Made by a program: the position numbers and the translations under genes. The notes under the pieces are model-generated. The model saw nothing but the letters and a program-made list of their open reading frames with translations. It was not told the origin of the DNA and did no database searches. A stretch of DNA of 63,570 nucleotides, counting the filler. It is 10 parts of 10 records of this genome, joined end to end, with 100 filler letters (N's around TTAATTAATTAA, not from the genome) between each part and the next. Parts side by side here need not be neighbours in the genome. Positions count along the whole stretch, not along the records: positions 15,675 to 26,382 come from SRR7504441_9300; positions 26,483 to 32,091 come from SRR7504441_9304; positions 32,192 to 40,954 come from SRR7504441_9305; 7 more parts are not named here. One strand, given 5' to 3'. Of the stretch, positions 23,316 to 34,123 are shown in pieces. Each line of letters opens with the position of its first letter. Positions within the stretch are counted from its first letter, which is position 1.

Positions 23316-24716
23316 ATGTCGAGGACATGCGCCGCGCTCGCCACGCTCGCTATCACCGTGGTGGCCGGGCTGCCAGCGGAGCTCGACTGCCAGGTGGCTG
23401 TTGTGGGAGGCGGCTGGGCGGGCGTGTACGCAGCCTGGCGGCTAGCTGTGGACACCCGGTCCGTGCCCCCGCAGTCCGTGTGTGTGTTCGAGGGCACCCA
23501 CCGGTTCGGCGGGCGGACGTACTCGGTCAACCGGACACGGCACCCGCTGCTCGGTCCACTGGTGGTTGATATTGGAGCCTATCGCTACTCCAAGCAGCAG
23601 CACCTGCCTGGCGACTTGATCGCACATCTGGGGCTCCGAAGCGAGTGTTACGAGCCCGACTGCCGGCTGGACAAAGACTTCAACACGACGCTCTACAAGC
23701 TGGTGGACGCAAATGGCAACAACGCCGGGTATGTTTCGGCGGTGCAGGAGATGATCAGGCAGCTCGCGGCAGCCGGCGCAAAGCTGCTGCTGAACCACAG
23801 ACTTACTGCCCTCGGACCGGACCCGAACCAGCCCGGCGGGCTGATGCTCCAATTCGATAACAACCAGACTGCCCGGGCGCGCCAAGTGGTGCTCAATCTG
23901 CCGCGCGAGGCACTGCGAAAGCTACCAGACTCGGAGGTGTTTGACAGTTTCGAAGAAACGAGCGGCAGGCTGCTGCGGGACCCGGCCTGCCTGCCGCTCC
24001 CTGCGAGCAACTGGTCGGGCTACACGCTGCTCAAGGCGTACGCAGTGTACCAGCAGCCGTGGTGGCGGACCATTCTGCAGATTAAAGATGGATACTTCAA
24101 CGATGACACCAACGTAGCGCCTTTTTCAGGTAGATACCACGACGGCCCTATCCACAAGGCCCCCAATGGGACGGTGATTGGCCCTGGGGCGCTGGAGCTG
24201 GTCTACTCCAACTCCCCGCTCAACGTGTACTATCACCGCTTCCGAGAGGACTCTCACGAGCCTCTTAGCATCTCCCAGCACCCGCAGCTGCTAGCCGACG
24301 TGCACTCGCATCTGATGAGAATTCACCAGGCCAACTTCTCAGCACGGGGGCTGAATGCGTCCAGCATCGCTCCACCGACGTCGGTTGTATTCGGGTTTTG
24401 GACAGAGGACAGCTCGGCAATGCTTACAGCTCCCATCAGCAACAACATCGTGGCGCAGCTGCACACTGGTGTGCAGGAGCAGTGCATTGCAGGGCTGAGC
24501 CCCCACCAGTACTCGGCTGCCACTCGAGTGCCCAGCGGCAAGTACGCGCTGACCGTAGCCAACAACGACTGGTACTATACAATGTACCAAGGCACACCCT
24601 GCTGCTGGGCCGAGCAATCGCTCAAACAAGTCGAAAATAGCCTGCACAGCCAGTTCAAGCTGGACCGGCCTGCCTGGCTCGACTCCGAGTACTATAGCAA
24701 GGTGCTTTCGCTCTGA
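23316..24716 (+). CDS. Secreted flavin-dependent amine / L-amino-acid oxidase-like protein
   Basis: Signal peptide; VAVVGGGWAG, FE...RFGGR, DIGAYRY, KAYAVY..PWW, WAEQSL motifs; intronless. Confidence 0.85.
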   Translation: MSRTCAALATLAITVVAGLPAELDCQVAVVGGGWAGVYAAWRLAVDTRSVPPQSVCVFEGTHRFGGRTYSVNRTRHPLLGPLVVDIGAYRYSKQQHLPGDLIAHLGLRSECYEPDCRLDKDFNTTLYKLVDANGNNAGYVSAVQEMIRQLAAAGAKLLLNHRLTALGPDPNQPGGLMLQFDNNQTARARQVVLNLPREALRKLPDSEVFDSFEETSGRLLRDPACLPLPASNWSGYTLLKAYAVYQQPWWRTILQIKDGYFNDDTNVAPFSGRYHDGPIHKAPNGTVIGPGALELVYSNSPLNVYYHRFREDSHEPLSISQHPQLLADVHSHLMRIHQANFSARGLNASSIAPPTSVVFGFWTEDSSAMLTAPISNNIVAQLHTGVQEQCIAGLSPHQYSAATRVPSGKYALTVANNDWYYTMYQGTPCCWAEQSLKQVENSLHSQFKLDRPAWLDSEYYSKVLSL

Positions 24717-25070
24717 CGTGTCAAGTACTCTGCCTAACGGGCTGGAGCACTGCGCGTCAATCAATCAAGCCGCCTATGCACGTGCGTAGTCGTCTAGTTG
24801 AGGTTTGTAGCACTGTAATTTTTAAAGTGATGATCCCCGGTACTACCTATGCTCGTTCCATAATGCTCGGGTTTACTCTATAATACTTGCTCGCGAATGT
24901 ACCGTACTATTAAACGGTGCATGCGGCATCACTAAGGTCTATCCTCGTACACCGGTGCGCTCGACTACTGGATCCAGCGCCTCCTCCAAACACGCACCCC
25001 TCACCCCTTCACGCTCCACCGGCACGCGCGTCGTCCGCTGTGCCGGATCCGAGAGTGACTACCGCCGCCC

Positions 25071-25379
25071 TCACCGCTCGCCGCCTGAGACCTTCTTCTG
25101 CGACCGGGTCACGACAGCCGTTGGGGCGGCGGACCAGGGTAGCGGCCAGGCGGTCCACGGCCGGCTTTTTCTCGAGCAGCCTGGGCCGGCCCGATGATGC
25201 CCGCCGGAGCGGGGGACACACCGCTCGAGGTTTGCGTTCATCTTGGCAAAGCTGCCGTGCAGCATCCCGGTGACCCGCGTGAGGTCCTGCAGGCTCTGCA
25301 CAATGTCCGCGGGGATCGTCACGGTCTCCTCCGCTGCCCCTTCCCCCGGATCTGCCCCAGCCGGGGTGTCCTCCTCCAT
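25071..25379 (-). CDS. Small helical protein, possible DASH/Dam1 complex subunit (Dad4/Dad1-like)
   Basis: Two GT-AG introns (41 and 37 nt) give a 76-aa product with LQDLTRVTGMLHGSFAKMNANLERLLEKKPAVDRLA. Family resemblance is from recall only. Confidence 0.45.
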   Translation of the reverse strand: MEEDTPAGADPGEGAAEETVTIPADIVQSLQDLTRVTGMLHGSFAKMNANLERCVPRSGGHHRAGPGCSRKSRPWTAWPLPWSAAPTAVVTRSQKKVSGGER

Positions 25380-25443
25380 GACGGCCCAGCGATCCCCGGC
25401 CGGCTGCCGTTGGCCTGCCAGATCACGCTCGGCACGCGGGAAA

Positions 25444-26277
25444 ATGCGTAGAGTTGCAGGACTTGCTGCCGGGGTGGTTGGGGCTGGGGCTGCGTATATG
25501 ACCACCAAAGAGGCGCACCAGCTGCCTGCGCCGCCACCCACCCCGGTGACCAGCCCGGGGGCTGCCCTGCTGCTGCTCCTGAGCCAGGCGCAGGTGGTGG
25601 TCACCGGTCCGAGCGGGGTAGGCAAAGGCACCTTGATAGGTCGGCTGCTCGAGCAGCACCCGGACAAGGTGGGCTTCTCAGTCTCACACACCACTCGCAA
25701 GCCGCGGCCCGGCGAGGAGGAAGGGGTGCACTACCATTTCGTCTCCAAAGAAGATATGGAGGCCAAAATCGCCCGGAACGAGTTCGTCGAGTACGCTCAC
25801 GTGCAGTGCGCGCTGTGGTGCGGGCCGGGGCTGACTGGGCCGGCGCGACAGCACCAACATCTACGGTACGTCCAAGGAATCGGTCCGCAACGTGCAGGCC
25901 AAAAACAAAGTGTGCATCTTAGACATCGACACGCAGGCCGCAGCCATCCCTGACCCGGGCCTCACCTGATCGTGCAGGGTGCCAAATCCGTCAAGGCAGA
26001 TAAAGACTTTGAGGCCAGATTCATTTTCATTTCGCCACCGTCGCTGGAGGAATTAGAGGTGATCTTAGGAGTGTGTCCACGGTTGAGGGATGTGACTGTG
26101 CAGAAGCGACTCCGAGGCCGGGGCACGGAGACAGAGGAAAAGATCCAGATACGCACTGCAAATGCGAGGCACGAGATGGAAACGCTGAAGATTCCGGGTT
26201 TCTGGGACAAGGTTTTGGTGAACGCCGATCTAGAGGCCGCTAGCAAAGCGTTCAACGAGTTCATCCTAGGACAATGA
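25444..26277 (+). CDS. GUK1: Guanylate kinase with N-terminal targeting/anchor extension
   Basis: GPSGVGKGT, SVSHTTR.PRPGE..GVHYHF, NIYGTS, ILDIDTQG, FISPPS. Four introns, one GC-AG (25937-25977). Confidence 0.95.
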
Positions 26278-26382
26278 GTCTAGTATACTCATACCGTGCG
26301 TTCACTCAGCACCAAAACCTTAATCGAGAGCCACATTGACGAATAGCATAGTGGCACCATACTCGATCGTATTGAGTAAAGA

Positions 26383-26482
26383 NNNNNNNNNNNNNNNNNN
26401 NNNNNNNNNNNNNNNNNNNNNNNNNNTTAATTAATTAANNNNNNNNNNNNNNNNNNNNNNNNNNNNNNNNNNNNNNNNNNNN
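26383..26482. other. Artificial contig spacer
   Basis: 44N + TTAATTAATTAA + 44N. Confidence 0.98.
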
Positions 26483-26619
26483 AGGCCAGTTCACACCTGA
26501 GACGTCTCAGAGAAATCCACGAAAGGCTCGCGAAGTCGACGACGTCACCACCGAGGAGCGCGCCACGTGCTGGAGAGCGTACGGCTGTTGCTCAGCAGTT
26601 TTTGCAGCGGGCAGGGACG

Positions 26620-29600
26620 ATGGTGACCGGCTGGCCTTTCGCGGGACTGGCCGCCGCTGTCATGCTCTCCTGCGTCCGGGCCAACATGCGAGCGCCTGCG
26701 TTCGGCAAGCTGCGATGGTGCGTGCGCGTTGCCGTGCGGCGGTGCCGTCGATCGGCAGCCCGCAGCACGCGGTGAACTGGGCTGAGCTGCTGGCGGGGCA
26801 GGGGGCAGGACACAAACAACCTGTACATCACTGCCTTCATCCCCGGCGTCTCGGTCCACGACAGTGAGCAGGTGTCGGCGCCGGCCAGACCAGCCCGCAC
26901 GACTGCTGGCGTCGCAGGAGTTCACGATCAGCGACACACACTTCAAGTTTGTGGCGACCAACCCAAAGACAGCCGAGGTGGCCCAGTCTGGACGCGCCGC
27001 GCCCAGCCCGTCGGTCCAGGTGTACTCGCTGGAGTTCGAGTTCCGCGAGGACGTCAACGCCAGCGCCGTCGTCACGCGGCACACCACCTGGAAGGTACCT
27101 GCGCCGGTTCCGGGGGGCGATCCGACTGGGGCGGGCTGGCAGTACGGGAATGCAAACAACTCGCTATTCGCTGTGATCCCGAAGCAGGAGCCGCACCTGT
27201 TTGATCGGCTGCACTTCCAGAAGCCAGACAAAAAGCTCAAATTCGCAATCGAAAAGTGCGTGCCGGCTGCTATGGCTGGCTGTGTGGGCGAGTGCGGGGC
27301 TGCAGGGATTGGGATCGTTACACTGTGAGCGACGACATGTTGGAGGACGAGGACGACGACGACGAGGAGAACACCAAGGGTCTGGTCACGCTCACCGACG
27401 ATAACTTTGAGAGCAAAACTGCCGACAAAGAGCTAGTGCTCTACAGGGTGCATTACCCGTGGTGCTCCGAATGCAAGAAGCACGACCACTTGGTGAAGGT
27501 GCGCCAGCAGTGCCTCATACAGTGTCGCTGAACCTCGAGGGCCAGGCGGCGAGCAGCAAACGCGGCAGGAGCCTGTCCAAGAAGTACTCGGTACTGTTCG
27601 GCACTGTGGACGCGAGAGAGCAGCCGCAGATTCGAAGGTTACTAACAGTGCCAGCAGGGTCGGAGCGTGGGGGCGCAGGAGTGTGGGGGCGACCTGTAAG
27701 CCGAGGGACTCTGATGCAGTGGCACAGTGTCAGGACTATCTGTACCTGAAACGAGCTGGCCAATCTGCAGAGAAGTGGAGCCACGGGGCCACACAGAGTG
27801 TGAAGAGTCTCATACAGCAAGTGATGAGACTGGCCGGCCCAAGCCCACGTCTTCTGACAAGCGTGAAAGAGGTCAACGATTTGCAGAAAGACAGCCAGGA
27901 GGAGGTTTTGGTCGTTGGCCTCTTCGACAGGTGAGCCCCACTGGCTGAATGCACTCTGAGCGCGCTGGGCAGGTCGCACCATGGCGAGGCGGTCGCTGCA
28001 TACGAGGCTGTCGCGCAGCAAAAGCGGGACAAGTTTCTGTTTGGGATAGTAGAGGAATCCAAGCTGATCGGAAAGACTGTGGACGAGCTGCTCGCCAAGC
28101 TAGTCCCGTCGGAGTGCGTGCTTCCGGAGCAAGTCAAGGCGCCTGCTGTGCTGCTCCTGAAGAAGTTCTCCAACAGCTCCGAGGACAGTGGCTATGCTCT
28201 ATTTGGCAGCTTCACACCGCAAGCCAGGAAGGTCCTGCCTGACAAGGATGGCGAGACCGAGGTTGTGGCTGATGCGTTCACTTCGGATGCGATATCGGCC
28301 TTTTTGGAGCAAAATCAGGGCGTCAAACTGACCCGCGTGGCCTCGGGTACCAACCTTGGCACGCCTGCCGATACATCCAACGGACGGACAAGGGTCCGAC
28401 TGTTCGTGGCGGGAGCCAACAAGTCGACAGCCGAGCTCAAATCGCTCAGGTGCGCGGCACAGATGCTGCACAGGGAAGCAAACTTTGTGTACCACGACGA
28501 GGAGCACGAGACTGGAAAGCCGGTGCTTGGGGGCAACATGTCAGACTCGACCAAGACTGCGCTGAATCAGTATGGGCTAGTCGGACAGCCGCGGCCGCTT
28601 CTCGTGGTCGACCAGCTAGAGACTGACGGTACAGTGAGCCACTATGCGCTGCAAATGCTGCTCTCTGCTAATTATTTGGTCAAGCAAATCAGACGAGCGG
28701 CTGCCGGGCAGATGCATCCAGCACTGCGCTCGGAGCCGCCGCCCGAGACCGAGATAAAGCTGGGGAAAGTCGGAAATGTGGTCGGGACAACGCTTGGAGC
28801 TGCTCTGGAGCGCGCAGATACGCTGCTGCAGCTGCGCGGCGACCGGGGCGACGGTGGAGCCATTCTGAACGCACTGGAGGCAGATAAGGTGGCGCAGGCG
28901 CTCAAGACGGTGGCCTCGGAGACCCAGGTGGCCTGGATGAACTACTTGAAAAACGACTGCAACGCTTCAGCGCCCGGAGTGCCAGCCAACCTGGACTGCT
29001 CCAAGTCCGGACTGTATCTGATACCCAAGGGCGAGCAGGCGGTGCTCTACCAAGGAGTGAACTACAAGGCCTCGCCTGTGCTTCAATTCGTGAACGACAA
29101 CTTGCCGCGCAAATTTGATGTGCCTGGGGCCCAGGCGCACGTTTCGCACATGGACGAGCAGTGCACTGTAATGGTGTACGAGCATGGCTCAAGAGATGGC
29201 GTGTCGACCATCTTCCGAGTGGGCCGATATGATCTCGAAGCAATGACCGAGGCCGGTGCCAAGAACGACGACGTGTCTTCGTTAGTGGTCTCGCCCGGTT
29301 GCCAGGCAGTGCTGTTTGAGAACGGTAATTTCACTGGGTGGAACGCTACTTTCCCACCGGGGTCGTACGGAGTGGCCCAAATCCAGGATAAGGGTGCCAA
29401 GAACGACCAGACTTCCTCGATGCTTGTGGAAGTCTACGTCAAACCGAAACCTCCCGTCCAAAGCAAGGCACCAGTAGCCATCGTAGCGGAGAATGGAGAC
29501 ATCGTTGTCACCTGGGAGAAGACTCAGCCGGACCAGGCAACTGAGCCGACGCACTACGAGCTCCTTGCCAATCAAGAAACAGCCGCCACGAGCTCGGTCA

Positions 29601-29842
29601 CCAAGTACCGCTCGCCTAAACTGGAAATTGCAGATGGCCCAACGCAGACCTTCACTTTCAAACACTACGAGAAGCATCTGGAGAAGGGCCAGAAATACAC
29701 GTTCGAGGTGTTGCCAGTTTCCGCCTTCCCCGAGAGTCCTGGCTCTCGCAGTCCCAAGTCTAATGAGATTACGGTACCACCCAAGGCAGAATCCAGCGAG
29801 GCGGAAGCCGACAAGGCAGCTGCGCCAAAGGACGAAGTTTGA
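26620..29842 (+). CDS. ER-type multidomain protein: signal peptide, p23/CS domain, PDI-like thioredoxin folds, beta/gamma-crystallin, FN3, KDEV
   Basis: Spliced N-terminus LRWGQDTNNLYIT...YSLEFEF...KQEPHLFDRL...KDWDRY + acidic run (p23). LTDDNF...YPWCSECK and LRSEPPP (PDI). NDDVSSLVVSPGCQAVLFENGNFTG (crystallin). VTW..P...HYEL...LEKGQKYTFEV (FN3). Confidence 0.82.
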
Positions 29843-30207
29843 ACCGATTATTTGCCACGGAATCGGATCCGACCTTATTGACAACAATCGTGAAGCCTGC
29901 GCTTCACACTGAATACTTCAACAGTCCAAGTAAGTTACTGGGACCGTTTTATGACCCACAAGAAACTACACGTAGATACCCTTAGATTTAAGATTGATCA
30001 GCGAGACTTAATCATAGCATTCCATAAATGAAGATACTTAGCGCGCACAGACTACTACAATACAGTGCGAGTACGACTAGTATAGACGAGTAGAGTATGA
30101 TAACTCACTACTTATAGTAATTCAGTATCTGATCATTATACGAACAAAGCCGGTCAGTGCGTATCAATACTTAACATAGGCAATAGCTGAGAACTGATTC
30201 TGTTTTG

Positions 30208-30957
30208 TTAACTATGACATCCGTCGTTTGCTTGCTCGCTCTTGATCGCTACAAACTCTTTCTGGCCGCCTTTTCGCTCAGCTGCCTCACGCAGCTTTTC
30301 GTGTTTCTTCTTCTTCTTCTTGCTAGCTTTTTCGCCCTCCTGCAACTCAGCAGTCAGTAAGCAATCTTCTACACCGCTCCCACCGGCGCCAACGATCGGC
30401 TGCGCTTCTTCTGCGCCTGTGGGGTCATCCCCGCCTCCCTCGCCTTCTCCTTGAGCCTCGCGCGCCGCGCGGACGCCTTGCGCGCCTTGGCCAGCCGCAG
30501 CCTGCACCTGCATCTCACCACAACTGGCCAGGCACCACGGGCACCTCTCCGCCTTCGCGTCGTTTACACGCAGCCTGGCGTAGCTCACCGTGAGCGGTCT
30601 GCCCATCAACATCGAGCCGCACAGTCCCACCGCCGCCGTGGCCCCAGCGCTGTCCTTGAACTGCACGTAGCCACAGCCTCTGCCCGCAGGGTGACCGCCG
30701 GCCCCAGCAGGCGCGCACCTGTACTCGCCGTCTGGCGTCTGCCAGGTGATTTGCTGGACCTCGCCGCACCCGTCAAAGTGTCCCCGGAGCGCCTGCTCGT
30801 CCACGTCCCACGACATGTTCCCCACAAAAACCTTCGTCCCGCTGGTGGCTGACGGCGCCTCCGCCTCGGCGGCCGCCCTGGCCGCCTGCTGCTCTGCGTG
30901 CTGCTGCTTCTCAGCCTCCTGCTGTCGCTGCCACTTGTTCCCGCGCGGCTTGCCCAT
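30208..30957 (-). CDS. RRM-containing basic (nucleolar-type) protein
   Basis: RNP2 KVFVGNM; RNP1 RGCGYVQF restored by a 39-nt intron; Lys-rich tail; three introns. Confidence 0.85.
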   Translation of the reverse strand: MGKPRGNKWQRQQEAEKQQHAEQQAARAAAEAEAPSATSGTKVFVGNMSWDVDEQALRGHFDGCGEVQQITWQTPDGEYRCAPAGAGGHPAGRGCGYVQFKDSAGATAAVGLCGSMLMGRPLTVSYARLRVNDAKAERCPWCLASCGEMQVQAAAGQGAQGVRAAREAQGEGEGGGDDPTGAEEAQPIVGAGGSGVEDCLLTAELQEGEKASKKKKKKHEKLREAAERKGGQKEFVAIKSEQANDGCHS

Positions 30958-31449
30958 TCCACAGAGCTCAGCACCGGTCGCCGCCGGTAGCGCTCGGAAC
31001 ACAGTGACCCCACAACGGAAGCATCGACTCGGAGCGTCCATACGTCCAACGACCCTCAGCCAGCCGTACGAGCCGTATAGCTTGATTGACCGAAGGGCAG
31101 CTGTTGGTGCCGAGCTGGTCGGATGGAGCGGCACTGGACACATGGCCGGGTGCGCCGAGCGCGTTGTGCACAGTACGTATACGCGTAACTGGTGCGCGCG
31201 TGTACGCGTGCCGCCCCAGCCGGGCCGGCCGTGCGCGTCCAGGGTGGCTCTGGCGGCAGGAGCGCCAGATCGAGCGGGTTCGCTAGAGGCCCTCGAGCCG
31301 ACCCCTTTTTTCCGCGATATCGCCGGCGATCGAACTCGGGCGGATCACTGCCAGAGTTCCTTCTCGAGAGACTGAAAGTCATCCTCTTTTTACGTGTCTT
31401 GTGCCGCCTTTGTTTGGGGCGCGTAGGCGCCCCCTTAGCTCACACAGCC

Positions 31450-32073
31450 ATGTGCCGCGGGGAGGCGGCATGGCAAGAGCTGCGCGAGGAGTATGGGCGG
31501 ACGGTGCAGGTCACACGGACCAAGACCGAGCCCACAAAGCGCCGCCAGCCGGTACCGCAAGTCACAATGGCGGAGGTTGCCAAGCACAACAACGAGAAGG
31601 ACATGTGGATAGTGATCGAGGACAGGGTGTACGATGTCACCAGCTGGTTTCGAAACCATCCAGGCGGGTACGGCCCGTTGCTCGGGATGGCTGGCAAGGA
31701 CGCCACCGACATGTTCACAAACTTCCACCCGAGTTATGTCTGGACGAAGAAGCTGCCCTTCTTCCATTGCGCTAACGTGACCAAACCGGAGCGCACGGAG
31801 GAGCAGAAGGACTTTGAGGCGTTGCGGCAGTCGCTGCTGCGGGACGGGCTGTTCGAGACTCGGTTGTGGAGCTACTACCTGCCGCTATCTCTCCGGATAC
31901 TCTCGCTGCTCTGCTTGGCGGCCTACATTACGGCCAGCGCCACCGGCTGGCTCGGCCGGATGCTGGGCGCGGGCGTGCTCGGTTTCTACTTCCAGCAGAT
32001 GGCCTTCATCGGGCATGACCTCGGCCACAACTCCGTCACCCATGACCGCATGACCGATCTGTGGCTTGGGCAG
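31450..32073 (+). CDS. Cytochrome b5-fusion front-end desaturase (delta-6/delta-8 sphingolipid type), 3'-partial
   Basis: VYDVT.W...HPGG b5 motif; His box I HDLGH. Contig ends in a poly-C intron. Confidence 0.9.
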
Positions 32074-32091
32074 GTCTGCGCCCCCCCCCCC

Positions 32092-32191
32092 NNNNNNNNN
32101 NNNNNNNNNNNNNNNNNNNNNNNNNNNNNNNNNNNTTAATTAATTAANNNNNNNNNNNNNNNNNNNNNNNNNNNNNNNNNNNNNNNNNNNN
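32092..32191. other. Artificial contig spacer
   Basis: 44N + TTAATTAATTAA + 44N. Confidence 0.98.
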
Positions 32192-32620
32192 TTGCGGGTC
32201 TCGTTCCCGCTTACTCGGCGTACCCCCTGGCAGTTCATCAAGCCGGGGCCTAGGCCCCTTCTTCCCCATACCCACGCCCACCACCGGCCTGCCAGACTCT
32301 GGACACTGCTGATCACTTTGTTTAAAGTACTAATGAAGCACAATTCAAACTAGTACTAATACATCGACTCAAGTAAAAATAAAGAGAGATCAACTCGTTT
32401 ATTAGGAATTAGAAAAACCTAATACCCTCCGCCGCTAACGGTGTGAGTGACAATTGCAAGCACAAGTCTAGGGCCGTGGCCGAAGCACCCCAGGCCCGCC
32501 GAGAGCGCAGTTCAAGTAAAAATAATACATATGCTAGATTGTGTAACCGAGCGAATTCTACCTCTTGTTTGAGTATTGGGACGGAGATAGTATTAATTAA
32601 ATTATTGCACATCGCGTCTT

Positions 32621-33949
32621 TTACGAGTCTGGTTTCCGAGCGTCAAACACTTGGTCCGACTCAGTTGCCAGCATGTCTTGAGACCGCAAACTCACGCTCA
32701 CATCGAGCACTGAGTTCTGCCCAATATCTGATCCAGACTGCAAACCACCTGTTAGCCGCATTCGATCGCTGGGCACACACCTCGTCCCCAATCGAGCCAA
32801 TCGAGAGCGAGTTCTCATCCAGGATCTCAGCCTCTGACTCAAAGTCAGCGTCGTCGTAGTTGTCCGCGTCACTCTGGCCCGAAAGCTCCTCGATCTTGGC
32901 GTTGATCTCCTGCAGCCGCTGCTCGTCCGCCTCCAGACCATCGTCCGGACTGTCTGCCACGCTTGCGCTGAGTGTCCCAGCCAGCTTGCGGCCAGTGGGG
33001 CTGGTTTCCGCCCAGTTGTCTATCTCTTCTCTGTCTAGGACCCCGTCGTTGTTAGCATCGATCTTATCAAACATGGCATCGTAGTCTTTATCCTGCAACG
33101 CCCCGCTAGCTGCGCCTGCCACACAGTCGACCAGGCACCCACCCTGGCGCACACCTGTTGTACTGCCCAGGACAGTCCCGGCCAGCGGAGGCAAATCGCC
33201 CAGTCCGGAGAGCGAGGTCGGCTTGACCACTCCGGATAGCGGTCTCAGCCCGCCAGTCGGTTGTCCCAGTTTACCCAACACCGGCTTGCTCCCCAACCCA
33301 GCCGCGCTCCCGGCAGCACGCGGCGGCTCCGCAGTAGTGCTCCCCTTGGACGGCTGAGCGCTCCCAGCTGCGTCGGAGCTGGCTGACACATTGCCCGCAA
33401 CGGCTTTTGCTGGCACCCCTGCAGCCTGTTGGTCCGGAGCAGGCGCCGGCTGCGCACCGGCCGGCTGCACTCTATCCACCAGCAGCCCGAGCACTGGAGC
33501 CCGACCGGGGCCCGCATCCTTGGACAGCCCAAGCCGCGCGGCCAGGTGGGCCCGGCCAGAGAAGGAGGTCTGGACCGCCGGGCTGCAGCCGAGCGGCCGG
33601 CCGGAGGCACCTTATTGGCCTCGGCCTCGAACACGGCGGCCGTGTGCTGGAAGCCTTGGAAGTCGAGGTACTCCCGGACGATCTCAGCCAGCATCTCGCC
33701 TGGCACCGGCCTCCGGCCCAGCCCAGCCAGCCAGGCGCCTTCCGGGCCCCCATATGGCGGCACGGCGCTGCGGCTGATCCCGTCGCCACCGTCGGCCGTG
33801 TCGGCCTCTTCGACCGCTAGGATCACTTGGGAGCGGAGCTGGGCCTGCGGGGGCTTGGCGGGCGCCATCAGGGCGGGTGGCACCCGGATCTTGCTGAGCA
33901 CCCCGCGGCTCTCCAGCGTATTGCACACCACCTCCTTGAGCTTCTCCAT
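32621..33949 (-). CDS. CEP43: FOP/FGFR1OP (CEP43)/TONNEAU1-family centrosomal protein with EF-hand
   Basis: TOF motif LKEVVCNTLESRGVLSKIRAQLRSQV; LisH EIVREYLDFQGFQHTAAVFEAE; EF-hand DANNDGVLDREE. Five coding introns including GC-AG 33700-33738. Confidence 0.85.
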
Positions 33950-34123
33950 CTGCCGGCCCCGCTCAGGCTTGCACTCCGATACTGACGAACGGCGCTGCAC
34001 CTACTAGGCGCCCGGCACCGCCCGGCCAACTAAACAGGGGCCAAGCCAAGCCAACCCTAGGGGAGGTGCATGCCGCAAAATCTGTCCAAATCAAACTGCG
34101 CAAACTGAAAGTGGCACTGCGCG

